Source: an uncultured delta proteobacterium (GTDB lineage Bacteria > Desulfobacterota > BSN033 > UBA1163). From it: a stretch of 64,000 nt of DNA. The DNA lies in the NCBI GenBank assembly GCA_963827685.1, contig CAWHBU010000001.1:32001-96000 (forward strand), given 5' to 3'. Every line of letters starts with the position of its first letter. Within the stretch, counting starts at the first letter, position 1. Made by a program: the position numbers and the translations under genes. Positions 19,930-28,394 of this stretch are shown here, one piece after another. The notes beneath the pieces were generated by a model, which did not search any database, had not been told where the DNA came from, and saw nothing but the letters and a program-made list of their open reading frames with translations.

Positions 19930-20526
19930 TTGGTAAATCGATTGTTGGTCGTGCCATTCATTTCCCTCTTCGTACTTCCGATAGCGTGGCTGGAGGGCCG
20001 TTTGCTTCCGAAAGCTGATTGGATCGGTTGGGCGGCGATTCTAACCTTAGTCAACGCCCTGCTCCTTTATATCCCTTGGGCTATCGCCATTATTCCTACA
20101 CGCCATTTGATGATTGGACCTGTGGCTGTTCTTGGATTCTTCATGGTCGCTGTTGGACTCTTTCTATTGGCTACAGCCCTGTTTCCTATCATTCGAGTGC
20201 CCGGACAGATGCGGTCCTTACCTGAAAGATTGGTGGTAGAAGGTCCGTATCACTGGGTCCGGCATCCCATCTATCTGAGCCACTTCTTGCTGATTGGTGG
20301 CGCAGCTATTGCCTGTGGAGCACTCAAGGTTTTCCTTGAAACCCCGATCGTACTAGGGATGGCGGCCATTGGCGGAAAGTACGAAGAATCCAGAAGGCTT
20401 CTGCCTCTCTTTGGCAGGACATTTGAACGATACAGAGCTAAAACCCACTTTTTGCTGCCGGCGTGGGGTTGGGTTGCACTTGGATTCATTTACAGTGTGA
20501 TGGCCTTCCACGTATTTCTTCCCTGA
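19930..20526 (+). CDS. isoprenylcysteine carboxyl methyltransferase/PEMT-family membrane protein
   Basis: LVVEGPYHWVRHPIY; EE..L...FG..F..Y. Confidence 0.8.
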   Translation: MVNRLLVVPFISLFVLPIAWLEGRLLPKADWIGWAAILTLVNALLLYIPWAIAIIPTRHLMIGPVAVLGFFMVAVGLFLLATALFPIIRVPGQMRSLPERLVVEGPYHWVRHPIYLSHFLLIGGAAIACGALKVFLETPIVLGMAAIGGKYEESRRLLPLFGRTFERYRAKTHFLLPAWGWVALGFIYSVMAFHVFLP

Positions 20527-20733
20527 ACAGGTGAAGGTGCCGCTCATCAACGGCCTTCTATCCATTCTGTGGATTCCTGATCGGAATATACCTATGTTAG
20601 AAGAAGAGTCCTGGGGGCAGACTTGATGATTGACGACAGAAAATTCTGGACGTTGGTTCAAAGGCCACTTAAGCAAACCTCCATGTAACCTTTCCAGTCT
20701 CTTTTCCGTCTATATAGGTAAAGATTCATAAAA

Positions 20734-20891
20734 GTGAAGCTTCCCGGCCACAGGCCGGGGCTTCCCGGGCACGTAGTGGCGAGCCGAAAGCGAGCAAAGG
20801 AGATATCGTTTTAATTGTGCCCCTTCCTGCCTGCCGGTAGGCAGGGACCCCGCCTATCGGGCTTTGGCGGCACGGGGCACTTGCCGGCCAA
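20734..20891 (+). mobile_element. palindromic mini-element M, long form, with nested cctgcctgccggtaggcagg
   Basis: Colinear with 50586-50721; two sub-terminal hairpins. Confidence 0.7.
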
Positions 20892-20915
20892 TAATCCATA
20901 AGGAGGAGAAAGACA

Positions 20916-21065
20916 ATGGATAAGGAAAAATTTGAGAAAATGGTTGAAATGATGAAGGGCTTTTGCACAGATGAAAAGGGTATGACCAAATGCCGTGCCA
21001 TGATGAAGAAGATGATGCAGTATGGTGAGGGAAAGGAGGCAGAGAAGAAGAAAAAAGATGCCTGA
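20916..21065 (+). CDS. 49-aa Met/Cys/Lys-rich small protein (not in ORF track)
   Basis: RBS aaggagg; MDKEKFEKMVEMMKGFCTDEKGMTKCRAMMKKMMQYGEGKEAEKKKKDA. Confidence 0.7.
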   Translation: MDKEKFEKMVEMMKGFCTDEKGMTKCRAMMKKMMQYGEGKEAEKKKKDA

Positions 21066-21094
21066 AAGACAGAATAGAGAAGCTTAGGCAGAAA

Positions 21095-21772
21095 TTAACG
21101 TGAAGAAGGGGCAACTGACTTCTTGTAGCTGATGGAAATACCTGAACTGCTGGAACGATCGATCGTAGTCTGGTAGTTGGGGAGGCTCCTGATATAATCA
21201 AGAAATTCCTTGACGCCTCCAAAACCATCAATCACATTGTGCGCAGTGAAGCAGCCGCCCACGACCAGTTTAGGCTCCACCTCTTTGAAATACTGGGTAT
21301 ACCATTCCTTGTCGGCGTCGGAAAAGACGAAGTCAAATGGCCCTTTCAACTCCTTGACCAGTTGATGGGCATCGGCCAACCTGGCATCGACAAAGTCTTC
21401 CACTCCGGCCTTCTTGAAATTCTTCAAGGCCGTTCTGTATCGGCTTTCATCGATTTCAATGGTGGTCAGTTTGCCGCCCGTCTTGCTCAGTGCCCAGGCC
21501 ATCCATAGAGCGGAATGGCCTGTCGAGGTACCGATTTCCAATGCCCTTCTATAATTATTTCTAATGATAAGGTTGTATAAGACTCTGCCATCTTCGTAGG
21601 GCACATTCCAGTCCTGCCAGTGCCCCCGGTTTTCGTTCAGAAATTTTTCCACCTTTGCATCCAGTTCTCGGGAGGTCCGGTGGCTTTGCGCAGAGACTGA
21701 GGTCAAGGTACCCACTAATAAGACCGATATGCTCATACCAGTGATGAAACCCTTTAAGGCTGTTTGATTCAT
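21095..21772 (-). CDS. class I SAM-dependent O-methyltransferase with N-terminal signal/TM
   Basis: LEIGTSTGHS, FDFVFSDADK, AHNV. Confidence 0.88.
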   Translation of the reverse strand: MNQTALKGFITGMSISVLLVGTLTSVSAQSHRTSRELDAKVEKFLNENRGHWQDWNVPYEDGRVLYNLIIRNNYRRALEIGTSTGHSALWMAWALSKTGGKLTTIEIDESRYRTALKNFKKAGVEDFVDARLADAHQLVKELKGPFDFVFSDADKEWYTQYFKEVEPKLVVGGCFTAHNVIDGFGGVKEFLDYIRSLPNYQTTIDRSSSSGISISYKKSVAPSSR

Positions 21773-21962
21773 ATTTCTTCTTTTATTTTACTGTGCCAGG
21801 CAACCCGTCTTCGTCAGGGAGGAAACGAGGGACACATTCCATTTATTTTTTACGGAAGGAGAAAAAGGAATGCGTTGTCCCTATTCAAATTTAGAGTTGC
21901 TGGTGTTGTTCTATGGAGAAAGGCAGGTCCCAGAGAAGGGTTCCCCTGCCAGGCGTGGATCA

Positions 21963-22535
21963 TCAATAATTCTCCGCCAGAACTTCGAAGTAAGCTTTGG
22001 GATGTTTGCAAGCCGGACATCTATCCGGCACTTCCTTCCCTTCAAACACATAACCACAATTTCGACAGTGCCATTTCACAGAAGCATCCTTTTTGAATAC
22101 TCTCCCCTCCTTCACGCTCTTTAACAGACTCAGATACCGGGTTTCGTGGAACTTTTCCACCTTGGCAACCTGGGTGAAGGTTTCATAGACTTCTGCAAAA
22201 CCTTCCTTTTTGGCTATGTTAGCAGAATTCTGATAGAGGGTTGTCCATTCCAAATTTTCTCCCGCGGCTGCCGCTTTCAAATTGTCCATGGTATTTCCAA
22301 CGATTCCGGCAGGGTAAGCAGCAACGATCTCTACTTCTCCTCCTTTGAGCGAATTGAAAAAGAGTTTGGCATGTTCTTTCTCGTTTTCGGCTGTTTCCAG
22401 AAAGATAGCAGAAATCTGCTCGTAGCCCTCTTTCCGGACTGCACTGGCAAAATAGGTGTAGCGATTCCTGGCCTGGGATTCGCCGGCAAAAGCAGCTAAA
22501 AGATTCTTCTCCGTCTTGCTTCCTTTCAATTCCAT
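21963..22535 (-). CDS. rbr: rubrerythrin
   Basis: AFAGESQARNRY, EKEHA, CRNCG..CPAC. Confidence 0.95.
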   Translation of the reverse strand: MELKGSKTEKNLLAAFAGESQARNRYTYFASAVRKEGYEQISAIFLETAENEKEHAKLFFNSLKGGEVEIVAAYPAGIVGNTMDNLKAAAAGENLEWTTLYQNSANIAKKEGFAEVYETFTQVAKVEKFHETRYLSLLKSVKEGRVFKKDASVKWHCRNCGYVFEGKEVPDRCPACKHPKAYFEVLAENY

Positions 22536-22715
22536 AACTTCTCCTCCTTTCATGAATCAGTACTCAACATCCACCTTTGGCCCTAACAGATAATTTTATC
22601 CTTGAAGTGTGAATTTATCAAATCAAAAATAGTCTCTGATTGAATTCCTATATTGCCAAATCCTCTAAAAAGGCTTAAAGTTTTAGAAGTGACCATCGAT
22701 GGGAAGGAGGATAAA

Positions 22716-23286
22716 ATGAAGGTCTTAGGAATTTTGGGAAGTCCCCAGAGTAGGAGGAAACAGTGACATCCTTTTGGATCAAGCCCTGGCCGGAGCCAGG
22801 GATGCAGGAGGGGAGGTAGAAAAGATCGTCCTGTCCAAGAAGAAGATTTCTGGATGCCTGGATTGCGGAAAATGCAATGAGACAGGCGTCTGCGCTATTC
22901 AGGACGACATGCTGGAGATTCACAAAAAGATCCTGGAGGCGGATGCTATCATCCACAGCGTGCCTGTCTATTTTTGGGCCATGACTGCTCAGATGAAAGC
23001 CTACTTAGACCGCTGGTGCGCTTTTTTTGATGCGGAGTGGCGATGGCACAAGGCCTACCGTCCTAAGATGAAGGGAAAGAGGATCGGCTTGATCACGGTC
23101 TGCGGGGATCAAAATGTCTCAACGGCAGACCCCATTGTTCACAGTTTTAGGAACACATGCCAATTTACTGGGCTCAACTTGCTGGATGTGGTTCAGGCCT
23201 CGGCCTCGACAAAAGGAGAGGTCGCCAAGAATGAGGGAATCAAAATGCAAGCTTACGATTTGGGGAAAAAAAGTGTGACAAAGTGA
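22716..23286 (+). pseudogene. iron-sulfur flavoprotein/NADPH-dependent FMN reductase family; +1 C frameshift at ~22745
   Basis: MKVLGILGSP then shifted (R)VGGNSDILL; CLDCGKC..C..DDM; PVYF. Confidence 0.8.
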
Positions 23287-23314
23287 CCTCCCGAACTATT
23301 TTCTTCCTGCAGAG

Positions 23315-23461
23315 TTAACGTTTCCTTCGGAATCGGTTCTCCAGGATGACTTGGTCAATAATCTCCCCACAAGCAATGCATCTCCATCCGAAATAATCTT
23401 CAGCCTGACCGTAGAACTTTTCATAAGCCATCGAATCACCGCAACGACCACATTTCATCAT
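23315..23461 (-). CDS. 48-aa zinc-ribbon protein (not in ORF track)
   Basis: RBS gggagg; MMKCGRCGDSMAYEKFYGQAEDYFGWRCIACGEIIDQVILENRFRRKR with two CxxC. Confidence 0.8.
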   Translation of the reverse strand: MMKCGRCGDSMAYEKFYGQAEDYFGWRCIACGEIIDQVILENRFRRKR

Positions 23462-23824
23462 GGTCACCTCCCATAGGTTATATTAATTTATACATCCACC
23501 TTTGAAATTTCAATGTCAATGGGTGAGAAAGGTAGTTCTTAGACTGCTGCCTGAGGATTATTTGAAGCGTATCTAAGAGAAAAATTCCCCCGACAAATAA
23601 TGGGGGGCCATGCTGTCACCCTCTGGCTGCCCCCTCCGAGGTGGTGACTCTTAGCCTCCAGAGAAACTTTTCCAAAATTGTTAGTGGTAGTAGAAGGAGA
23701 CAGATAGCACAACAGAGGCTTACAGGGGTGAGGATAGCACCTACCTATACGTAACATAATCCGTATTTACTATTGATATTATGATGTTGCGTAGTGTTTA
23801 AGTTTTCATAATTTCTTTCTCATG

Positions 23825-24718
23825 TCAAGGATTATTTGGGTTGCCAGCCGTTCGTTGCATGATCACCTCCATGGCTTTGTAGTAATCTCTCTGTACTTTG
23901 AGGTTTGATACCCGGCAGTAGCGTTGGGTCGTCCTGATAGAGTTATGCCCCAAAAGATCCTGGATGGTAGAGAGGTCCGCATCCGCATTCAACATCTGCG
24001 TTGCCATCGTATGGCGAAGATGGTGGCAGGAGATTCTCAAGTTTGTTTTGCGGGCATAATATTCCATCCGTTTCTGGATGCCGCGAATGGATAAAGGTTG
24101 CCCGCTGAGAGGCCCTTTCTCTACAAGAAAAACCTTTCTTACTTTATTTGCGGGTCGCACCCTTAGATATTCCAGGAGAGCATGAAGGGCATCGTTGCTG
24201 AGATAGACAATCCGATCCTTCGCACCCTTGCCATCCTGGATGAGCAGCATTCTGCGTTTCAGATCAATATTGCTGAGGGAAAGGTGAGCCACTTCTTCTA
24301 CCCGTAATCCGCATCGGAGCATGAGCGTGAAGATGGCCTGATCCCTTCGCCCTTTCAGATGCTTGAAGAGGATCTCTATGTGCTCGTCTCTCAGATGTTT
24401 GGGAAGCCCCCTGGGAAGCTTCATGATATTTGGCTTCTTCACAGGGTTGACGATCCGGAGTCCCTCTTCTTCGCAGAGGTAGTGGTAAAACTGACAGATG
24501 CTGTTGAGATAACAGTTGACGGTCTTAGGTTTTAGCCGTTTTCCAAGCAGGTCATCCATATACTCGTCAACCTTTCTGTAGGTGACCTTTTCGATCGGCT
24601 CATCCAGCCAGAGAACAAAGTGCTTCAGACTGTTTAAATAGTGCTTAACGGTATTCGGTGAGACGTTCCTTCTCTTCAAGAAACGCCTGTACCTGATGAT
24701 CGAGTCGGTAAGATCCAT
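23825..24718 (-). CDS. tyrosine recombinase (XerC/D-like)
   Basis: GLRVEE, GKGAKDR, HHLRH, LGH, TQRY. Confidence 0.93.
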   Translation of the reverse strand: MDLTDSIIRYRRFLKRRNVSPNTVKHYLNSLKHFVLWLDEPIEKVTYRKVDEYMDDLLGKRLKPKTVNCYLNSICQFYHYLCEEEGLRIVNPVKKPNIMKLPRGLPKHLRDEHIEILFKHLKGRRDQAIFTLMLRCGLRVEEVAHLSLSNIDLKRRMLLIQDGKGAKDRIVYLSNDALHALLEYLRVRPANKVRKVFLVEKGPLSGQPLSIRGIQKRMEYYARKTNLRISCHHLRHTMATQMLNADADLSTIQDLLGHNSIRTTQRYCRVSNLKVQRDYYKAMEVIMQRTAGNPNNP

Positions 24719-25808
24719 TCAGCTCCCCCCTTTCTATAATCGTCATGGCTCTGAAGTACTCTTGCTCTCTGGTCTTATCCGTGAGCCGCGCATAGCGCCG
24801 CGTCACATCCACAGAGGTATGCCCCATCAGCGGTTGGAGGCATTCGAGGCGCATACCGGCATTTAAAAGCTCACTGGCAAACGTATGTCGTAGGGCATGG
24901 AGGCAATACCCCTTATGGGCAAGACCGGCTTTCGTCAGGTAGCCTTTGAACATGAGGTGTGCGGTCGTATAGGACATGGCGTTCTTGCCCGTCGCATAAA
25001 AGAGATATACTTTATGAGAATCCTTCACCTTGATCCAGGCTTTCAAAGCCTGCATGGCATCTTCACTGAGGTAAACCACTCTTCCGATGCGGTTCTTTTC
25101 CCCCTCGTAGATATCCACTCTTCGATCCTTGAGGTGAAGATCCTGCATCCTGGTACTCAGCAATTCACCGATTCTCATCCCCGTCCGTAAAAGCACCATC
25201 ACCATGGCCCGGTCTCTGGGATTGTTGATAACAGAAAGTAATGCTTTCACATCGTCCGGATCTATGGCCCTCGGTAAGGTCTCGGGCTTCCTCAGACGAA
25301 TCCTTCTTGCCAGAACATTACTACGAATCGCACCTGCTTCAATCAGATAGCCTAAAAAAGCATTGACACAGTGAAGCCTTGTTCGCACCGTCGATATCAT
25401 TAACCCCCGATCCTGCTCATGTTCAATAAAAACCTCCAGATCATCCTTGGTGATCTCCTCCAAACGGGTCTTTCCGGAACCTCTAATAAGAGTGAGAAAA
25501 ATATAGATTGCGGTCAGGTTACTGAAGTACGTTTTTGGCCTGAGACCCCGCCTACACATGTCCCGCAAATAGCCCTCAACGTGCTCTTTTCCCGGCAAGC
25601 CCCAGCCTGCAACCCGATTCAGTGCCCATTGAAACGCTCTTGCCTTCGCCTCGAGCTCAGGACAACACGGCCTCTCTGATTTTCCTCTATGGGCCTTGGA
25701 TAAAAAAATGGATGGGTGAATCCCCTCCCGTCGATCAATACTTCTAAATTCCGTCAGGGATTCATTCGTTGGAATGACGCTGCAATATTCTATAGCCCTC
25801 TGGTCCAT
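24645..25808 (-). CDS. tyrosine recombinase with N-terminal extension
   Basis: TGMRIGE, EKNR, HALRH, MGH, TRRY. Confidence 0.93.
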   Translation of the reverse strand: MDQRAIEYCSVIPTNESLTEFRSIDRREGIHPSIFLSKAHRGKSERPCCPELEAKARAFQWALNRVAGWGLPGKEHVEGYLRDMCRRGLRPKTYFSNLTAIYIFLTLIRGSGKTRLEEITKDDLEVFIEHEQDRGLMISTVRTRLHCVNAFLGYLIEAGAIRSNVLARRIRLRKPETLPRAIDPDDVKALLSVINNPRDRAMVMVLLRTGMRIGELLSTRMQDLHLKDRRVDIYEGEKNRIGRVVYLSEDAMQALKAWIKVKDSHKVYLFYATGKNAMSYTTAHLMFKGYLTKAGLAHKGYCLHALRHTFASELLNAGMRLECLQPLMGHTSVDVTRRYARLTDKTREQEYFRAMTIIERGELNGSYRLDHQVQAFLEEKERLTEYR

Positions 25809-25976
25809 CTCTATCTCCTTTCCTTTGAATCAATAGGAAATACAGATAGATGATGAACCTGATAAGCTTAACTTTCAATCACCTTTTTGTTACGTATAGC
25901 ACTACTCTTCACCTTTGATAGGAGCGAGGGACTAACGATTATGGATTGACCTTCCCCTGAAAAAGTGGACACATGA

Positions 25977-26834
25977 TTAAGTTTCATTAAGGAGCTTTTC
26001 ATACTGCTCTGGGCTCCTGTACCCTAATGCCGAATGACTCCTCTGACGATTATAAAACACTTCCACGTACTCAAAAATACTAAGCCTCGCCTCCAGCCTT
26101 GAACGGTACCGCTCACCATGGACCAACTCCGTCTTGAGCGTGCCAAAGAAAGACTCCACATAGGCATTATCATAACAATTGCCACTTCTGCTCATACTAG
26201 GAGTCATGCCGTATTCTCTTAAAAGCTCCTGATAGGCATAGCTTGCATACTGCCTGCCTCGATCAGAATGGTGGATCAACCCTTCAGAGGGGCTTTGCCT
26301 GCCCACCGCGTCCCTGAGCGCAGCAGAAGCTAGCTCCTGAGAGAGCTTATCGCTCATGGACAGCCCAATGATCTTTCTGCTTTTCACATTCATCACTGCT
26401 GCCACATAGAGCCATCCCTCAGAAGTGGGCACAAACGTAATATCAGATGCCCATACCCCCTCTGTCTGCCTCTGGTCAATCAGTAAGTTTGCAGCCAAGG
26501 CATAATGATGCCGTGAATCGGTAGTCCGCCTGAATCTCTTTTTCTTCACTTCTGCCCATATGGAGTGCTCTTTCATGATCCTGGCTACCCGGTTCTTCCC
26601 ACATCTAAGACCCTGCTTATTGAGCTCCGCTGCGATCCGCGGACTCCCATAGAGCCTTCTGCTTTGAGTGTGGATCTCCCGTATGTGCCCCAGCAACTCC
26701 TCATCGTCTTTCTGACGTGTGCTCGGTTGACGCGTCTTCCACGCATAATAACCACTTCTGGATACCTTCAACACTTCACTCATACTCCTTATCTTGTAGG
26801 TCTCTCTGTGCTCTTCTATCAACCGATACTTCAT
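25977..26834 (-). CDS. IS3 transposase OrfB
   Basis: Identical translation to 11464..12321. Confidence 0.95.
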   Translation of the reverse strand: MKYRLIEEHRETYKIRSMSEVLKVSRSGYYAWKTRQPSTRQKDDEELLGHIREIHTQSRRLYGSPRIAAELNKQGLRCGKNRVARIMKEHSIWAEVKKKRFRRTTDSRHHYALAANLLIDQRQTEGVWASDITFVPTSEGWLYVAAVMNVKSRKIIGLSMSDKLSQELASAALRDAVGRQSPSEGLIHHSDRGRQYASYAYQELLREYGMTPSMSRSGNCYDNAYVESFFGTLKTELVHGERYRSRLEARLSIFEYVEVFYNRQRSHSALGYRSPEQYEKLLNET

Positions 26835-27133
26835 CTGTTTCGTTTGGAGAATACGGCCAAGGCTTTTTTTAAAATGTCCCTCTCTTCCTTCACCTTTTCT
26901 AATTCCTTCCGGAGCCCCTTTATTTCCGCTTCCTCTGGCGTTACACGGCCCTTCCCTACGAAGGCTTTATCCCCTTTAGCTAAGAACCTCCTCCTCCATA
27001 GATGAAGAAGATTGGGATGGATATCAAGCTCTCGGGCCACCTTGCCTACCGGCATCCCTTTCTCTGTGACCAACTGCACTGCATCTCGTTTGAACTCACG
27101 GCTGAAATGACGATTCTTTTCCCCCATACGCAC
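26831..27133 (-). CDS. IS3 transposase OrfA
   Basis: Identical translation to 12318..12620. Confidence 0.95.
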   Translation of the reverse strand: MRMGEKNRHFSREFKRDAVQLVTEKGMPVGKVARELDIHPNLLHLWRRRFLAKGDKAFVGKGRVTPEEAEIKGLRKELEKVKEERDILKKALAVFSKRNR

Positions 27134-27552
27134 CTCCTGTCCAATGATACAAATTCTCAGGTGTGTCCATCAACTCGGGGGAAGGTCAGATAGAAATCAT
27201 CAATGACTCCGTGTTATACCTGGTCTCTCAATTTTCTCTTTCCACTCACCACTTGTAGATCCTATTGACTCCTCTAGTCCGATCTAATAAACTTCAATTG
27301 ACTTGGAGTCTTCTGTAATTGGTAGAAGAAGGGAAAATAGGTATCATTTTCTTATATATTTAATTGGTTTAAGAAGCACTGCAAGAATAAATTCCTTCTT
27401 GTGGGGATCGTAGATATTTTATCAAATGATGAGACTGAGTATCGACAGGATAATGAGGTTCCTAATTATTTCCCTCACCCACCTTACTTTTAATGTACTT
27501 ATAAGAACAACAGGGGTGATGAATTGGACTTCGACACAGACAAAAGATTGAT

Positions 27553-28296
27553 ATGAAGTTAAAATCAAAAGTAATTATTGTGATGCCTGCTTACAATGCG
27601 GCGTCCACATTAGAAAAGACAGTTCAGGATATCCCTGAAGACTTCGCCCATGAAATCATTCTTGTCGACGACTCAAGCGAAGACGATACGGTAAAAATAG
27701 CAAAAAGCTTGGGTTTAACGGTTATCGCTCATGATAGAAATGCGGGTTATGGTGCAAATCAAAAGACCTGCTACGATGAGGCACTGAGACGTGATCCAGA
27801 CATCGTTATGATGATTCACCCCGACTATCAATATGACAGTTCCCTTGTTCCTCTCTTTGGCCAACTCATTGAAAAGGGTATTTGTGACATCGTATTAGGC
27901 TCCCGTGTGAGAACCCGCAAAGAATGCCTTGATTCAGGTATGCCCCTTTATAAATATATATCAAATAGATTGCTAACCATATTAGAAAACTTGATTACAG
28001 GGCAGAACCTCTCGGAGTGGCACACGGGTTATCGAGCATATTCAAGAGAGGTACTGGAAAAGATTCCTTTTCATGAAAATTCAAATGATTTCGTTTTTGA
28101 CTCTCAATTTCTGATTCAAGCTGCTTATTTTGGGTTTAAAATCGGGGATTTACCCGTGCCATGTCGTTATATGAGTAAAGCATCGTCGATTGATTTCACT
28201 CGTAGCGTTGTCTATGGGATTGGTACGATTAAGGCGGTATTCCAATTTATTTTACAAAAGCTTCATTTGATGAAATTTAGTCTCTTTGGATCTTAA
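27553..28296 (+). CDS. GT2 glycosyltransferase, polyprenol-phosphate sugar synthase-like
   Basis: VMPAYN, VDDSSED, GYG, HPDYQY, GSR, TGYRAY. Confidence 0.88.
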   Translation: MKLKSKVIIVMPAYNAASTLEKTVQDIPEDFAHEIILVDDSSEDDTVKIAKSLGLTVIAHDRNAGYGANQKTCYDEALRRDPDIVMMIHPDYQYDSSLVPLFGQLIEKGICDIVLGSRVRTRKECLDSGMPLYKYISNRLLTILENLITGQNLSEWHTGYRAYSREVLEKIPFHENSNDFVFDSQFLIQAAYFGFKIGDLPVPCRYMSKASSIDFTRSVVYGIGTIKAVFQFILQKLHLMKFSLFGS

Positions 28297-28394
28297 GATG
28301 GAAGAAAGATACAGCCCCTGCCTACCGCAGAGAGGTCTATCACCCCTGTCTGCTGACAGGTAGGCGCGAGCCAGGCGAGACACACTCCAGTCAA

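Larger units (their letters stand above)
23745..25901 (-). mobile_element. compact element with two tandem tyrosine recombinases
   Basis: Perfect 12-bp IR ctatacgtaaca (23745-56)/tgttacgtatag (25888-99); ctac on both flanks. Confidence 0.8.
25947..27188 (-). mobile_element. IS3-family insertion sequence, copy 2 (3-bp DR gat)
   Basis: Same length and identical ORF translations as copy 1; gat at 25944-46 and 27189-91. Confidence 0.95.

Noticed and set aside
23825-25808. Tyrosine recombinases as the integron integrase for the 45-52 kb array
   Set aside because: No visible IntI-specific insertion before the HxLRH box; they lie 20 kb away inside their own IR-bounded element
11434-27188. Composite transposon formed by the two IS3 copies
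   Set aside because: Outer flanks (act vs gat) do not match, and copy 2 has its own 3-bp DR, which indicates independent insertion
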